Positions 26,599-36,101 are shown, numbered from the stretch's first letter. The stretch: DNA of 64,000 nucleotides from Synergistaceae bacterium UBA5560 (GCA_002425685.1 DIMS01000056.1:16511-80510), one strand, 5' to 3'. The notes: generated by a model not told the origin, from the letters alone. Translations and numbers: made by a program.

Positions 26599-27609
26599 TC
26601 AATCCTCCGGAGCCGATTTGGCCTCCATCCAGGGCATCATCTTGCGGAGTTCCGCGCCGACCTTCTCAATGGAATGATTCTTCTCCCGCTCCATCCACTT
26701 CTTCATCACCGGACGGCCGGACTGGTTTTCGAGGATCCAGTCCCTGGCGAATTCGCCGCTTTGCACCCGGCGGAGGAGTTCCTTCATGTTCTCCCGTACG
26801 TGCGCGTCCACCACCTTGGGGCCGGCGACGCAATCGCCGTACTTGGCGGTGTCGCTCACGGAATAGCGCATCCATCCCAGGCCGCCCTCGAACATCATGT
26901 CCACGATGAGCTTCAGCTCGTTGAGGCACTCGAAATAGGCGATCTCGGGTTGGTATCCCGCGTCGACGAGCGTATCGAATCCGGCCTTAACCAACTCCGT
27001 CACGCCGCCGCAGAGAACGGCCTGTTCGCCGAAGAGGTCCGTCTCAGTCTCCTCCGCGAAGGTGGTCTCGATGATGCCCGCCCGGCCGCAGCCGATGCCG
27101 GAACCGTAGGCGAGGGCCACATCCTTCGCCTTGCCGGAGGCATCCTGGTAGATGGCCAGGAGGCCGGGAACACCCTTCTTCTCCACGTACATGCGGCGGA
27201 CCAGATGGCCCGGCCCCTTGGGGGCGATCATGAAGACGTCCGTGTCCTTCGGGGGCTCCACCTGGTTGAAATGAATGGTGAACCCATGGGCAAAGGCGAG
27301 AGTGGCACCCTTCTTCAGGTTGGGACGCACGTCCTCCCGATAGACCTTCGCCTGGACGTGGTCGGGCATGAGGAACATGATGATGTCTCCCTTGGCGACG
27401 GCCTTTGCCACGGAGAGCACCTCGAAGCCGTCCTTTTCGGCGGTTTTTTTCGAACGGCTGCCCTCGTGAAGACCGATGAGCACCGACACACCACTGTCGC
27501 GGAGATTCTGGGCATGGGCATGGCCCTGACTGCCGTATCCGAGGATGACCACGGTCTTGCCCTTGAGTACCTTCATCTGTGCGTCCTTGTCGTAGTACAC
27601 GTTTGCCAC
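26599..27609 (-). CDS. ilvC: Ketol-acid reductoisomerase
   Basis: 336 aa. GTG start at 27609 after GAAGGAGGAAG. NADPH motif [10 protein letters not shown]. Confidence 0.9.
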   Translation of the reverse strand: MANVYYDKDAQMKVLKGKTVVILGYGSQGHAHAQNLRDSGVSVLIGLHEGSRSKKTAEKDGFEVLSVAKAVAKGDIIMFLMPDHVQAKVYREDVRPNLKKGATLAFAHGFTIHFNQVEPPKDTDVFMIAPKGPGHLVRRMYVEKKGVPGLLAIYQDASGKAKDVALAYGSGIGCGRAGIIETTFAEETETDLFGEQAVLCGGVTELVKAGFDTLVDAGYQPEIAYFECLNELKLIVDMMFEGGLGWMRYSVSDTAKYGDCVAGPKVVDAHVRENMKELLRRVQSGEFARDWILENQSGRPVMKKWMEREKNHSIEKVGAELRKMMPWMEAKSAPED

Positions 27610-27803
27610 GTTTCTTCCTCCTTCAGCTTTTTCCTCGATCCGATTCGGGATCTCTCCGAGAAAAGCGCGAATGCGTTCCGGAAAGAATGCCTTGTCCTGT
27701 CTTCGTCCGATGTTGCAGCCCTTTGAACGCGTCTTTTCCGAGACGTTCTCCCCGGGTTGATGCCGGGGTCTTTTCTCCTCCCTTCCTCGGTCGTTTCAGA
27801 TAT

Positions 27804-27837
27804 CGCGCCGGGGAGCACATCTGCTCTCCCCGGCGCG
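27804..27837. other. 12-bp perfect GC hairpin immediately 3' of the ilvN stop codon (CGCGCCGGGGAG-10nt-CTCCCCGGCGCG)
   Basis: Read directly. It lies within the 231-bp ilvN-ilvC spacer, which also holds a second hairpin CCCCGG-gttgatg-CCGGGG. No U tract follows on the minus strand. Confidence 0.35.
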
Positions 27838-27840
27838 GAT

Positions 27841-28416
27841 TCATGCGAATGAAGGTTCGGGATGTCGCAGGGATTCCGTCTCCGTCTCGCGGACGGGAAT
27901 CTCCTGCCGGGACGTGCGGGAATCGGCGGCGAATCCGGCGCGTTCCATGGCGACGGCGCCACTGGAGGCCACTTCCAGGATGCCGAAGGGGCGAACCGCT
28001 TCGACGAAGGCATCCATTTTCCCCTGGTCGCCCGTGAGCTCCAGGATCACCGCGTCCTCCCCCATGTCCACCACGCGGCAACGGAAGACCTCCGCGGTCT
28101 GGAGCACGTGGGGACGGACATCCATGGGAGCGTGGACCTTCACGAGCATCATCCACCGCTCCACGAAGGGATTTCTGCTCAGGCTGCGGACCTCCACGGT
28201 TTCCACGAGCTTCTCAAGCTGCTTCACGATCTGGTCTGCGGGCACATCGTCCCCGCCTACGACCAGGGTGAACCGGGAAAGTCCGGATTGGTGCGTGCGC
28301 CCCACGCTCAGGCTGTTCACGTTGTATCCTCTCCGGGACACGAGCCCGGAAAGCCGCGAGAGAACTCCGGGATGATCTTCCGTCAGAACGCTGATGGTGG
28401 TGTGCTTGTGCCGCAT
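27841..28416 (-). CDS. ilvN: Acetolactate synthase small (regulatory) subunit
   Basis: 191 aa. N-terminal ACT domain (ISVLTEDHPGVLSRLSGLVSRRGYNVNSLSV) plus the C-terminal IlvN/IlvH domain. RBS GAGGAGGGAAGG. Confidence 0.85.
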   Translation of the reverse strand: MRHKHTTISVLTEDHPGVLSRLSGLVSRRGYNVNSLSVGRTHQSGLSRFTLVVGGDDVPADQIVKQLEKLVETVEVRSLSRNPFVERWMMLVKVHAPMDVRPHVLQTAEVFRCRVVDMGEDAVILELTGDQGKMDAFVEAVRPFGILEVASSGAVAMERAGFAADSRTSRQEIPVRETETESLRHPEPSFA

Positions 28417-28540
28417 GCCCTTCCCTCCTCACTCGGATGGTGGTGCGCTGTCGGTGCTTCCCTGCCGCTCTTCGCGGCGCTCGGACTCTCCGCAGTCGTG
28501 TCTCGAACCTTTCTTTGCTACGGTAATTGCGTAAGGTAAA

Positions 28541-28584
28541 ACACATGAAAAAAGGGCCGGAACCCGTCTTGCGGGTCCCGGCCC
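28541..28584 (-). terminator. Attenuator intrinsic terminator of the ilv-leu leader (13-bp stem GGGCCGGGACCCG/CGGGTTCCGGCCC, then UUUUUUCAUGUGUUUU)
   Basis: Read directly. It lies 15 nt after the leader-peptide stop and about 125 nt before the ilvN ATG. Confidence 0.7.
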
Positions 28585-28602
28585 TGGTAGCCCTTCGGTC
28601 GG

Positions 28603-28713
28603 TTACATGCGACCGAGCGCTCCGGGAGGGGACCCGCAGCGAAGAATAAGGACTACAAGCAGAATAAGGGCCAGAGAAGAGCGAATCACTGTTGCGGCCT
28701 GTGTCTCGTGCAC
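28603..28713 (-). CDS. ilv-leu leader peptide (36 aa: MHETQAATVIRSSLALILLVVLILRCGSPPGALGRM)
   Basis: GTG start 7 nt after GGAGGG. Codons 14-24 encode L-A-L-I-L-L-V-V-L-I-L using CTT/ATT/GTA codons that are rare for this genome. Not in the ORF table (under 60 aa). It lies inside the spurious 168-aa ORF 28214-28720. Confidence 0.65.
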   Translation of the reverse strand: MHETQAATVIRSSLALILLVVLILRCGSPPGALGRM

Positions 28714-28776
28714 GAGTCATCCCTCCTTTTCGTGAGCTTCGGTCATCGTTCGGCTGGGCCGTTCGAGTTGTTGGAC

Positions 28777-28805
28777 ATTCTAGGCGCCTTTGCGTTCTGT
28801 GTCAA
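28777..28805 (-). promoter_or_regulatory. Consensus sigma70 promoter TTGACA-17-TAGAAT driving the ilv-leu leader
   Basis: Minus strand: gggTTGACAcagaacgcaaaggcgccTAGAATgtcc. The predicted TSS is about 57 nt upstream of the leader-peptide start. Confidence 0.6.
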
Positions 28806-29113
28806 CCCTCTTTTTCAAAAGTGTCATCTTTTGTTGCGGAAGGAGCAAAAATTCCGTTCTTCCGGGAACTTTCAAAAAGAAGAGGCACAGGCTTTTCGTA
28901 CAGATATTGCAAGGTCGGAGGCGCTCCTCTCCTCCAGGATTGCTCTTCTGGAGGAGAGGGAAAGGAATGGAATTTTTGTCCGCGTGTTCGCGGAATCTTT
29001 CGCGGCATCCCGCGAAATTCCTGCCGCATCCCGCAATCCCGGTAAAAACGCCTTCGGGAACCTTGCGCTCCGGAAACAGGCGGTGCGAGGTGTGTCGGGG
29101 CGGGTTGCTCTCT

Positions 29114-29821
29114 TCAGCGCCCCAGATAAGCCGCACGTACCTCGTCCATGGCGGCCAGGTCCGATGCCTTGCCGCTGAGGACGATGCGCCCCGTCTCGAG
29201 GACATAGCCCCGGTCGGCGATGGCGAGGGCCATGTTGGCGTTCTGCTCCACCAGGAGAATGGTCATGCCGGACTTCCGGACTTCCACGATGGTCCGGAAG
29301 ACCTCCTCGACGAGGATAGGTGCGAGTCCCATGGAGGGTTCGTCGAGAATCATGAGTGTCCCCCGTCCCATGAGGGCCCTGCCCACGGCGAGCATCTGCT
29401 GCTCGCCTCCGGAAAGGGTGCCCGCTTCCTGATGCCGCCGTTCCTTGAGGCGGGAAAAGAGCGAGAAGACCCTCTCCATGTCCTCGGCGATGGCGGCGGT
29501 GTCCTCGCGGATGTAGGAGCCCAGAAGCAAGTTGTCCTCCACGGTGAGATTGGGAAAGACGAGGCGCCCCTCCGGCACGTGGGTGATGCCGGCGCTGACG
29601 ATGTCGTGGGGAGGAATTCCCACGAGGTTCCGCCCCTTGTAGAGGATCTCCCCCGTTTTGGCCGGAACGAGACCTGAGATGGCCCGGAGGATGCTCGTCT
29701 TGCCCGCGCCGTTGGCGCCCACGAGCGTGACGATCTCCCCCTTTTCCACGGAGAAGGAGACGCCCTTCACGGCCTCGATGGCGCCATAGGCGACGCGGAG
29801 GTCCTTCACGTCGAGCATCAT
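29114..29821 (-). CDS. livF: Branched-chain amino acid ABC transporter ATP-binding protein LivF
   Basis: ORF 29114-30199 trimmed to the ATG at 29821 (MMLDVKDLRVAYGAIEAVKGV...). The start overlaps the livG stop (ATGA). Walker A GANGAGKTS. Confidence 0.9.
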   Translation of the reverse strand: MMLDVKDLRVAYGAIEAVKGVSFSVEKGEIVTLVGANGAGKTSILRAISGLVPAKTGEILYKGRNLVGIPPHDIVSAGITHVPEGRLVFPNLTVEDNLLLGSYIREDTAAIAEDMERVFSLFSRLKERRHQEAGTLSGGEQQMLAVGRALMGRGTLMILDEPSMGLAPILVEEVFRTIVEVRKSGMTILLVEQNANMALAIADRGYVLETGRIVLSGKASDLAAMDEVRAAYLGR

Positions 29822-30615
29822 GCCACCTTCCCCCCTTTGCCGAGATAGGCTTCGATGACCTTCGGGTCGTTCTTGATGTCCTCGGATTGTCCCTCGGCGA
29901 TGGTGACGCCGAAGTTCAGGACGGAAATGCGGTTGCAGATCTCCATGACGAGCTGCATGTGATGCTCGATGAGGAGGATCGTCACCTGGAACTCTTTTCT
30001 GATCCAGGTGATGGAATCCGCCAGGGTGTCCACCTCCTGGGGATTCATCCCCGCTGCGGGCTCGTCCAGAAGAAGGAGCTTCGGCGAAGTGGCCAGGGCA
30101 CGGGCGATTTCGAGCCGCCGCTGGATGCCGTAGGGCAGGTTCGTGGCCAGCGTGTCGGCGAAGGGAAGCAGGTTGAGTTTCTCCAGGAGGACGAGGCACT
30201 CCTCCTCCACCTGGCGTTCCGTCTCCGTCACGCTCCGGGAGCGCAGGAAGGCGGGAACGAGTCCGTAGGTGATCCGGGGATGCCGGGCGATCTTGATGTT
30301 GTCCAGGGCGGACAGGTTTTTGAAGAGGCGGATGTTCTGGAACGTTCTGGCGATGCCCCGGATCGTGTAGTCGTGGGTGGGTTTCCCCACCAGATTTTCA
30401 CCGCGGAAGAGAATTTCCCCTTCCGTGGGCGCGTAGATACCCGTGAGCATGTTGAAGACCGTGGTCTTCCCCGCTCCGTTGGGCCCGATGAGCCCCGCCA
30501 GCTCTCCCTCCGGAAGGGAGAGCGTGAAGTTCGTCACCGCCTTCAGACCGCCGAAGGCGATGCTCAGGTTGCGCACGTCGAGAATCGGCCGGGATGTCTC
30601 CTGCGGAGTCGTCAT
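29818..30615 (-). CDS. livG: Branched-chain amino acid ABC transporter ATP-binding protein LivG
   Basis: 265 aa. Walker [10 protein letters not shown] plus the LivG-type extended C-terminus. Confidence 0.9.
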   Translation of the reverse strand: MTTPQETSRPILDVRNLSIAFGGLKAVTNFTLSLPEGELAGLIGPNGAGKTTVFNMLTGIYAPTEGEILFRGENLVGKPTHDYTIRGIARTFQNIRLFKNLSALDNIKIARHPRITYGLVPAFLRSRSVTETERQVEEECLVLLEKLNLLPFADTLATNLPYGIQRRLEIARALATSPKLLLLDEPAAGMNPQEVDTLADSITWIRKEFQVTILLIEHHMQLVMEICNRISVLNFGVTIAEGQSEDIKNDPKVIEAYLGKGGKVA

Positions 30616-30618
30616 GGC

Positions 30619-31599
30619 TCACTGCCCCCCTTCGTAGCCTTCGGGACGCCGGATCTTCGGGATAAGGAAAGGAAGCTCCTTGCCGCCGTAGATGCCCTGC
30701 GGCCTGAAGAGCATCAGGAAGACCAGGGCGATGCCGTAGATGACGAGGCGCCATCCCGAGAGGAAGCGCAGCATTTCGGGAAGAATCGTCAGAAGTGTCG
30801 CTCCCATGATGGAGCCCGTCATGCTTCCCGCACCACCCGCGTAGAGATAGACGAGAAAATCGATGGACTTGAGGTAGTTGAACTGGTCGGGATGGAGATA
30901 GCCCAGCAGATGCGCCAGGAGTCCTCCGGCTACACCGGCGATGGCGGAACCGATGGTGAAGGCCATGACCTTGTACTTGGTCGTGTCCACGCCCATGGTG
31001 CCCGCGGCCAGCTCGTCCTCGCGGCAGGCGATGCAGGCCCTTCCGAAGGAGGAGTAGATGTAGTTCCGCAGAACCCAGATGGTGCCGCCGAAGAAGAGCA
31101 CGATCCAGAGGAGGTTGCTGTACCGGGGAATCCCCGAGAAGCCCCGCGGCCCGCCCACCTGGGGAATGAGTCGGATGAGGGAACGGATGATCTCCCCGAA
31201 GGCGAGGGTCACGATGGCCAGATAGTCTCCCTTGAGGCGCAGGGAGGGTTTGCCGATGAGGTAGCCGAAGATTCCCGCCACGATGCCCCCGATGAAGACG
31301 GAAACGAGAAAGACCAGGGGGCGGAGGGCCGGAACGAGCACCGACGAGGGAAGAAGCAGGGTTGTCACCGCCGCGGAGGTGTACCCCCCCACGGCCACGA
31401 AACCCGCCTGACCTATGGAGAACTGCCCCGTGAAGCCGTTGATGAGGTTCAGCCCCAGGGTGACCATGCAGTTGATCATGGCGAACATGAGAATCTGCAC
31501 GTAGTAGGAGGTCAGAACCCCCGCCTTGCGCAGTGCCATGACGAGGACATAGAAGGCGGCGAGCCCGAGAATCGGGAGATATTTTCGTAGGGTGTCCAT
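30619..31599 (-). CDS. livM: Branched-chain amino acid ABC transporter permease LivM
   Basis: 326-aa polytopic permease of the LivM type. Confidence 0.85.
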   Translation of the reverse strand: MDTLRKYLPILGLAAFYVLVMALRKAGVLTSYYVQILMFAMINCMVTLGLNLINGFTGQFSIGQAGFVAVGGYTSAAVTTLLLPSSVLVPALRPLVFLVSVFIGGIVAGIFGYLIGKPSLRLKGDYLAIVTLAFGEIIRSLIRLIPQVGGPRGFSGIPRYSNLLWIVLFFGGTIWVLRNYIYSSFGRACIACREDELAAGTMGVDTTKYKVMAFTIGSAIAGVAGGLLAHLLGYLHPDQFNYLKSIDFLVYLYAGGAGSMTGSIMGATLLTILPEMLRFLSGWRLVIYGIALVFLMLFRPQGIYGGKELPFLIPKIRRPEGYEGGQ

Positions 31600-31611
31600 C
31601 GCGTTTGCCTC

Positions 31612-32496
31612 CTACACCTTTTCGATCTTGACCTTGCCGAGCAGCCCCGCGGGACGGAAGAGGAGAATGAGAATGAGGATCACGAACCCCGATCCGTATC
31701 CCAGCTCGGAATAGAGGGCCGTGGCCACGACCTCGCAGATGCCCATGATCAGTCCGCCCAGCATGGCCCCTGGAACGGAGCCGATACCCCCCAGAACCGC
31801 CGCGATGAAGGCCTTGGTGCCGAGCCAGATACCCATGAGAACATCGATCATGGGATAGGTCATGGAGTACAGGACTCCTCCCGCTCCGGCCAGGGCCGCG
31901 CCGAGGAAGAAGGTCACGGCGATGATGCGGTTCACGTTGATGCCCATGAGCGATGCTGCGTCTTTATTGAAGGAAACGGCCCGCATCGCCCGTCCGACTT
32001 TGGTGCGGTGCACGATGTAGGTAAGTGCCACCATGAGGGCGACGGAGACGAGAATGTTCACGATCTGAATGGAGTTCAGCACCGCTCCCGTGGGAAGAGT
32101 GAAGTTCTTGAAGGGGATGAGCATGGGAAACGGCCGGTAGTTGGGGCCGATGAAGGGCAGCATGCGGGGAAAATTCTCGAGAAAGATGGACACGCCGATG
32201 GCGGTGATGAGGGCCGAAAGGCGCGGCTTGTCCCGCAGCGGCCGGTAGGCGAGGCGCTCGATGGCCACGCTCAGGCAGGCGGGGATGAGCATGGCCAGGA
32301 AGATGGCCAGGGGGAAATTCGCCCCCAGGAGTTCCGCGGCGAAGTAAGCCACGAAGGCCCCGATCATGACCAGGTCGCCGTGGGCGAAATTGATCAGGTT
32401 GATGATGCCGTAGACCATGGTGTAGCCCAGCGCGATGAGGGCGTAGATGACGCCCAACTGCACGCCGTAGATGAGAAGCTGAAGTGTTTCTCGCAC
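31612..32496 (-). CDS. livH: Branched-chain amino acid ABC transporter permease LivH
   Basis: 294-aa polytopic permease of the LivH type. Confidence 0.85.
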   Translation of the reverse strand: MRETLQLLIYGVQLGVIYALIALGYTMVYGIINLINFAHGDLVMIGAFVAYFAAELLGANFPLAIFLAMLIPACLSVAIERLAYRPLRDKPRLSALITAIGVSIFLENFPRMLPFIGPNYRPFPMLIPFKNFTLPTGAVLNSIQIVNILVSVALMVALTYIVHRTKVGRAMRAVSFNKDAASLMGINVNRIIAVTFFLGAALAGAGGVLYSMTYPMIDVLMGIWLGTKAFIAAVLGGIGSVPGAMLGGLIMGICEVVATALYSELGYGSGFVILILILLFRPAGLLGKVKIEKV

Positions 32497-32574
32497 GTTG
32501 ACCCTCTCCCTGCAGCGATTCGTCTCCGAAAGAGGGCGGCGCCGCCGCCCTCTTTCGGGGTCCGGAGGATGGCG

Positions 32575-33714
32575 CTACGGATTGATGGTGGTGACGTAGG
32601 TGGTGTTGCCACCGGTGAACTGCATGATCACCGCCGCTTTCTGGGGATTGCGGTTCTCGTCGAACTTGATCTTCCCCGAGGGGAGATCGATGTCGATGGC
32701 GGCGATGGCGTCCCGCAGGGCGGGACCTTCCACCTTGCCCGCGTCCTTCAGTCCCTTGAGGACGATGGCCGTGGCCTCGTAGGAGAGGACTGCGTTGGAA
32801 TTGGGCACCGTGCCGTAGTTCTCCTTGTACTTCTCGACGAAGGCCTGCACTTCCGGGCGCTGTGCCTCGTGGGAGAAGGCGGCGGTGAAGGCCGCGCCCT
32901 CCTCGGCTCCCGCGGCGATCTTCGGAAGATCCGGGCTGTCCCAGCCGTCGCCGCCCACGAAGGGAACGGTGATGCCCGCCTTGCGGGCCTGGTTCATCTG
33001 GAGTCCTGTCTCGAAGAACGCGTTGGGCAGGTAGAGCACTTCCGCGTCGCTGGCCTTGATGTTGTTGAGCTGGGCGTTGAAATCCCGGATGTCCGAGCCG
33101 CCGTAGGCCTCGAGTGCGACGACCTTGCCGCCCATGGCCTCGAAGCTCTGCTTGAAGAACTCCGTGAGCCCCTTGGAGAAGTCATTGCCGTTGTTGTAGA
33201 GGATGGCGGCCTTCGTGGCCTTGAGGTTCTCCATGACGTACTTGGCCATGACGCTCCCCTGGAAGGGATCGATGAAGCAGGCCCGGAAGATGTAGTCCCC
33301 CACCTGGGTGACCTTGGGGTTCGTGGCGAAGGTGGTCACCACGGGAACTTCCGCGGTCTGGGCGATGGGACCTCCCGCGAGGGAGGTGGAGGAGGCGTCG
33401 GGGCCGACGATGGCCACGACTTCGTTCTGGTCGATGAGTTTCCGGAAGGCGTTGGCGGTGATGTCGGGCTTGTTCTCGTTGTCCTCGAAGATCACCTTCA
33501 CCTCGTACTTCTTGCCGCCGACCTCGAGCCCGTCGGGGGCGAATTCCTTCACGGCCAGTTCGACGCCGTTCTTGATGTACTGGCCGCCGATGGCGTTCTG
33601 TCCGGTGATGGGAGCCACCACGCCGATCTTGATCTGGTCGGCGGCGAAGGCCATGCCGCCGAAAAGCGTGACCACAAGCAGTGCACACAGGGACAGGAGC
33701 AGATTTCTCTTCAT
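32575..33714 (-). CDS. livK: Branched-chain amino acid ABC transporter substrate-binding protein LivK/LivJ family
   Basis: ORF 32575-33822 trimmed to the ATG at 33714 (MKRNLLLSLCALLVVTLFGGMAFA signal peptide). Leu/Ile/Val-binding-protein-family sequence. Confidence 0.85.
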   Translation of the reverse strand: MKRNLLLSLCALLVVTLFGGMAFAADQIKIGVVAPITGQNAIGGQYIKNGVELAVKEFAPDGLEVGGKKYEVKVIFEDNENKPDITANAFRKLIDQNEVVAIVGPDASSTSLAGGPIAQTAEVPVVTTFATNPKVTQVGDYIFRACFIDPFQGSVMAKYVMENLKATKAAILYNNGNDFSKGLTEFFKQSFEAMGGKVVALEAYGGSDIRDFNAQLNNIKASDAEVLYLPNAFFETGLQMNQARKAGITVPFVGGDGWDSPDLPKIAAGAEEGAAFTAAFSHEAQRPEVQAFVEKYKENYGTVPNSNAVLSYEATAIVLKGLKDAGKVEGPALRDAIAAIDIDLPSGKIKFDENRNPQKAAVIMQFTGGNTTYVTTINP

Positions 33715-33889
33715 GATTCTCCGTTTCCTCCCTTCAGAATTGGCACATCTTCCGCGTTTTGCGCCGGAGCGCTGCGTCGCATTCGGTTCCGTCTCGCCGC
33801 GACTTCTTCCGTCATGTCTCACCTCCAGCCCGAGAAAAGAATGGGTTCCGGGAAATGGCAGTGTTTTCCGTGACGCGAGGCGCGTCGTT

Positions 33890-35047
33890 TCATGCGAGAG
33901 ACGTCAGAAACGCTCTCATGCGCTCCAGCGCCGTTTCGATGGTCGTCTCCGACGCGGCGAAGGAGAGGCGCAAGAACCCCTCTCCCGCGGCGCCGAAGGC
34001 GTTTCCGGGGACCGTGACCACTCCGGCCTTCTCCAGCAGCAGCCGGGCCATCTCCTCGGAGCTTTTGCCGAAGGCGGAGATGTCGGGAAAGGCGTAGAAA
34101 GCCCCCTCGGGCATGTGACAACGCACGCCCGGAATGGAAAGGAGTCCTTTCACGAGAAGATCCCGCCGTCTCTGGTAGCCGAGGCGCATCTTCTCCACCA
34201 CATCCTGGGGGCCGTCCAGAGCGGCGAGACAGGCTACCTGAGCGGCGGCATTGACGCAGGAGGAGAAATTCTCCTGCAACCGGGTCATGGAGGCGATGCT
34301 CTCCTCCGGGCCGTGCACGAAGCCGACCCGCCACCCTGTCATGGCGTAGGTCTTGGAGAAGCTGTTCACTGTAAGAACTCGGTCGGCCATGCCGGGAAGA
34401 GAGGCGAGGCTCACGTGAACGCGCCCGTCGTAGAGAAGGTGCTCGTAGGGTTCATCGGAGATGACCGCAAGGTCGTGACGGCGGATCACCTCGGCGATGT
34501 CCGACAGTTCCTCCCTGCGGAGCACCGCTCCCGTTGGATTGGAGGGTGAGTTGAGAAGAAGCGCTTTCGTGCGGGGAGTAATGGCCTCTTCAAGGGATTT
34601 CGCCCTCATGTGGAAGGCGTCCTCGGCGTAGGTGCGCACGGGGACCGCCACTCCGCCCGCGAGGTGGACCTGGCCGAGATAGTTCGGCCAGCAGGGATCG
34701 GGGATGAGCAGCTCGTCCCCGGGATCGAGCAGGGAGGAGATGCAGAGCATGAGTGTCTCGCAGGCGCCCGTCGCCACCAGGATGTTGCGCTCCGTTCCCG
34801 GAATGGCGTTTTCCGCGGCGAGCTTTGCCGCCAGAGCCTTGCGGAGTTCCGCAATGCCCGCGTTGGGGGTGTATTTCGTCGCTCCCTCGCGGAGGGCCTG
34901 GGCGCCCCGCTCGACAATGTGCTCCGGTGTGGCGTAGTTTGGCTCTCCCACGCCGAGATTGGCCGCGTCGGGATAGTTTGCGGCGAGAGCGAACATGGTG
35001 CGGATTCCCGAAGGGGGGTTCGTGCGGGACCGATTGCTCAGATGCAT
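33890..35047 (-). CDS. Class I/II PLP-dependent aminotransferase (AspC/AvtA-like)
   Basis: ORF 33890-35098 trimmed to the ATG at 35047 (MHLSNRSRTNPPSGIRTMF...). PLP lysine in SFSKTYAMTGWRVG. Confidence 0.8.
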   Translation of the reverse strand: MHLSNRSRTNPPSGIRTMFALAANYPDAANLGVGEPNYATPEHIVERGAQALREGATKYTPNAGIAELRKALAAKLAAENAIPGTERNILVATGACETLMLCISSLLDPGDELLIPDPCWPNYLGQVHLAGGVAVPVRTYAEDAFHMRAKSLEEAITPRTKALLLNSPSNPTGAVLRREELSDIAEVIRRHDLAVISDEPYEHLLYDGRVHVSLASLPGMADRVLTVNSFSKTYAMTGWRVGFVHGPEESIASMTRLQENFSSCVNAAAQVACLAALDGPQDVVEKMRLGYQRRRDLLVKGLLSIPGVRCHMPEGAFYAFPDISAFGKSSEEMARLLLEKAGVVTVPGNAFGAAGEGFLRLSFAASETTIETALERMRAFLTSLA

Positions 35048-35072
35048 GGCACTCGCTCCTTTCCTCTTTGTG

Positions 35073-36101
35073 TCAGCGCTGGACCCTGCCGCTGGCATCC
35101 CCGCCCACGAGAGTGAGCACGTCCGAAACGGAGATGCGGTTGAAGTCGCCGGGGATGGTGTGCTTCAGGGCCGAGGCGCCCACGGCGAATTCCAGCGCCT
35201 CCCGGGGGCCGGCGAGCCTGCGGAGGCCGTAGATCAGCCCGGAGCCGAAGGAATCGCCGCCACCGATGCGATCCACGATGTCGTTGATGGCATACTTCCG
35301 GCTCACGAAGAAATTGTCCCGGTCGGCGAGGATGCCCGACCAGTTGTTGCTGTCCGCACTGAGGCTCTCCCGGAGCGAGACGGCGAGGAAGCGAAGGTTC
35401 GGATAGGCCGCGAGCACTTCCTTCGCGAGTTTCCGGTAGCTCTCCGCTTCGAGGGTGCCCGCCGTGACGTCCACGTCGACCTCGATGCCCAGCGTCTTCT
35501 GACAGTCCTCCTCGTTGCCGATGAGGACCGAGACGAAGCGGACGATCTCGGGCATGACCTCCGAGGGTTTCTTTCCCCATTTCCAGAGTTTCTTGCGGTA
35601 GTTCAGATCGCAGGAGACGGTGATGTTCTTCCTGCGGCATGCCTCCAGCGCCTCAAGGGTGGCCAGGGCGGTTCCCTCGGAGATGGCGGGGGTGATTCCC
35701 GTCACGTGGAACCATTCAGTCCCCTCCAGAATGGCATCCCAGTCGAACTCACCGGGCATGATCTCCGCGATGGAGGAATGGTTCCTGTCGTAAAGCACCA
35801 CCGAGGGGCGGGCGCAGGCACCGGTCTGGGTGTAGTAGATACCCATCCGATTCCCCGAGCGCCGGATGGAGGCGGTGTTCACCCCGAAACCCCGGAGGTC
35901 CCGGATGGCCGCGTCGCCGATGGGGTTCGAAGGCAGGGCCGTCACGAAGGCCACGTCCTCGCCGTAGTTGGCGAGGGAGACCGCCGCGTTGGCCTCGGCC
36001 CCGCCGAAGGTGGCCACGAAGCCCGGCGTCTGGAGGAACATTTCGTGGTGCGGCGGGGAAAGGCGGAGCATGAGTTCTCCGAAAGTGACAATTTTCGACA
36101 T
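35073..36101 (-). CDS. kdgK: 2-dehydro-3-deoxygluconokinase (PfkB family)
   Basis: 342 aa. PfkB motifs GGAEANAAVSL and GGGDSFGSGLIYG. RBS AGGAGG. Confidence 0.8.
   Translation of the reverse strand: MSKIVTFGELMLRLSPPHHEMFLQTPGFVATFGGAEANAAVSLANYGEDVAFVTALPSNPIGDAAIRDLRGFGVNTASIRRSGNRMGIYYTQTGACARPSVVLYDRNHSSIAEIMPGEFDWDAILEGTEWFHVTGITPAISEGTALATLEALEACRRKNITVSCDLNYRKKLWKWGKKPSEVMPEIVRFVSVLIGNEEDCQKTLGIEVDVDVTAGTLEAESYRKLAKEVLAAYPNLRFLAVSLRESLSADSNNWSGILADRDNFFVSRKYAINDIVDRIGGGDSFGSGLIYGLRRLAGPREALEFAVGASALKHTIPGDFNRISVSDVLTLVGGDASGRVQR

Noticed and set aside
28214-28720. 168-aa Arg-rich minus-strand ORF upstream of ilvN
   Set aside because: It spans the leader peptide, the intrinsic terminator and the ilvN RBS. 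Its GGAGGG sits directly against its ATG. Its composition is low-complexity Arg/Ser/Pro. The real coding element here is the 36-codon leader in another frame.
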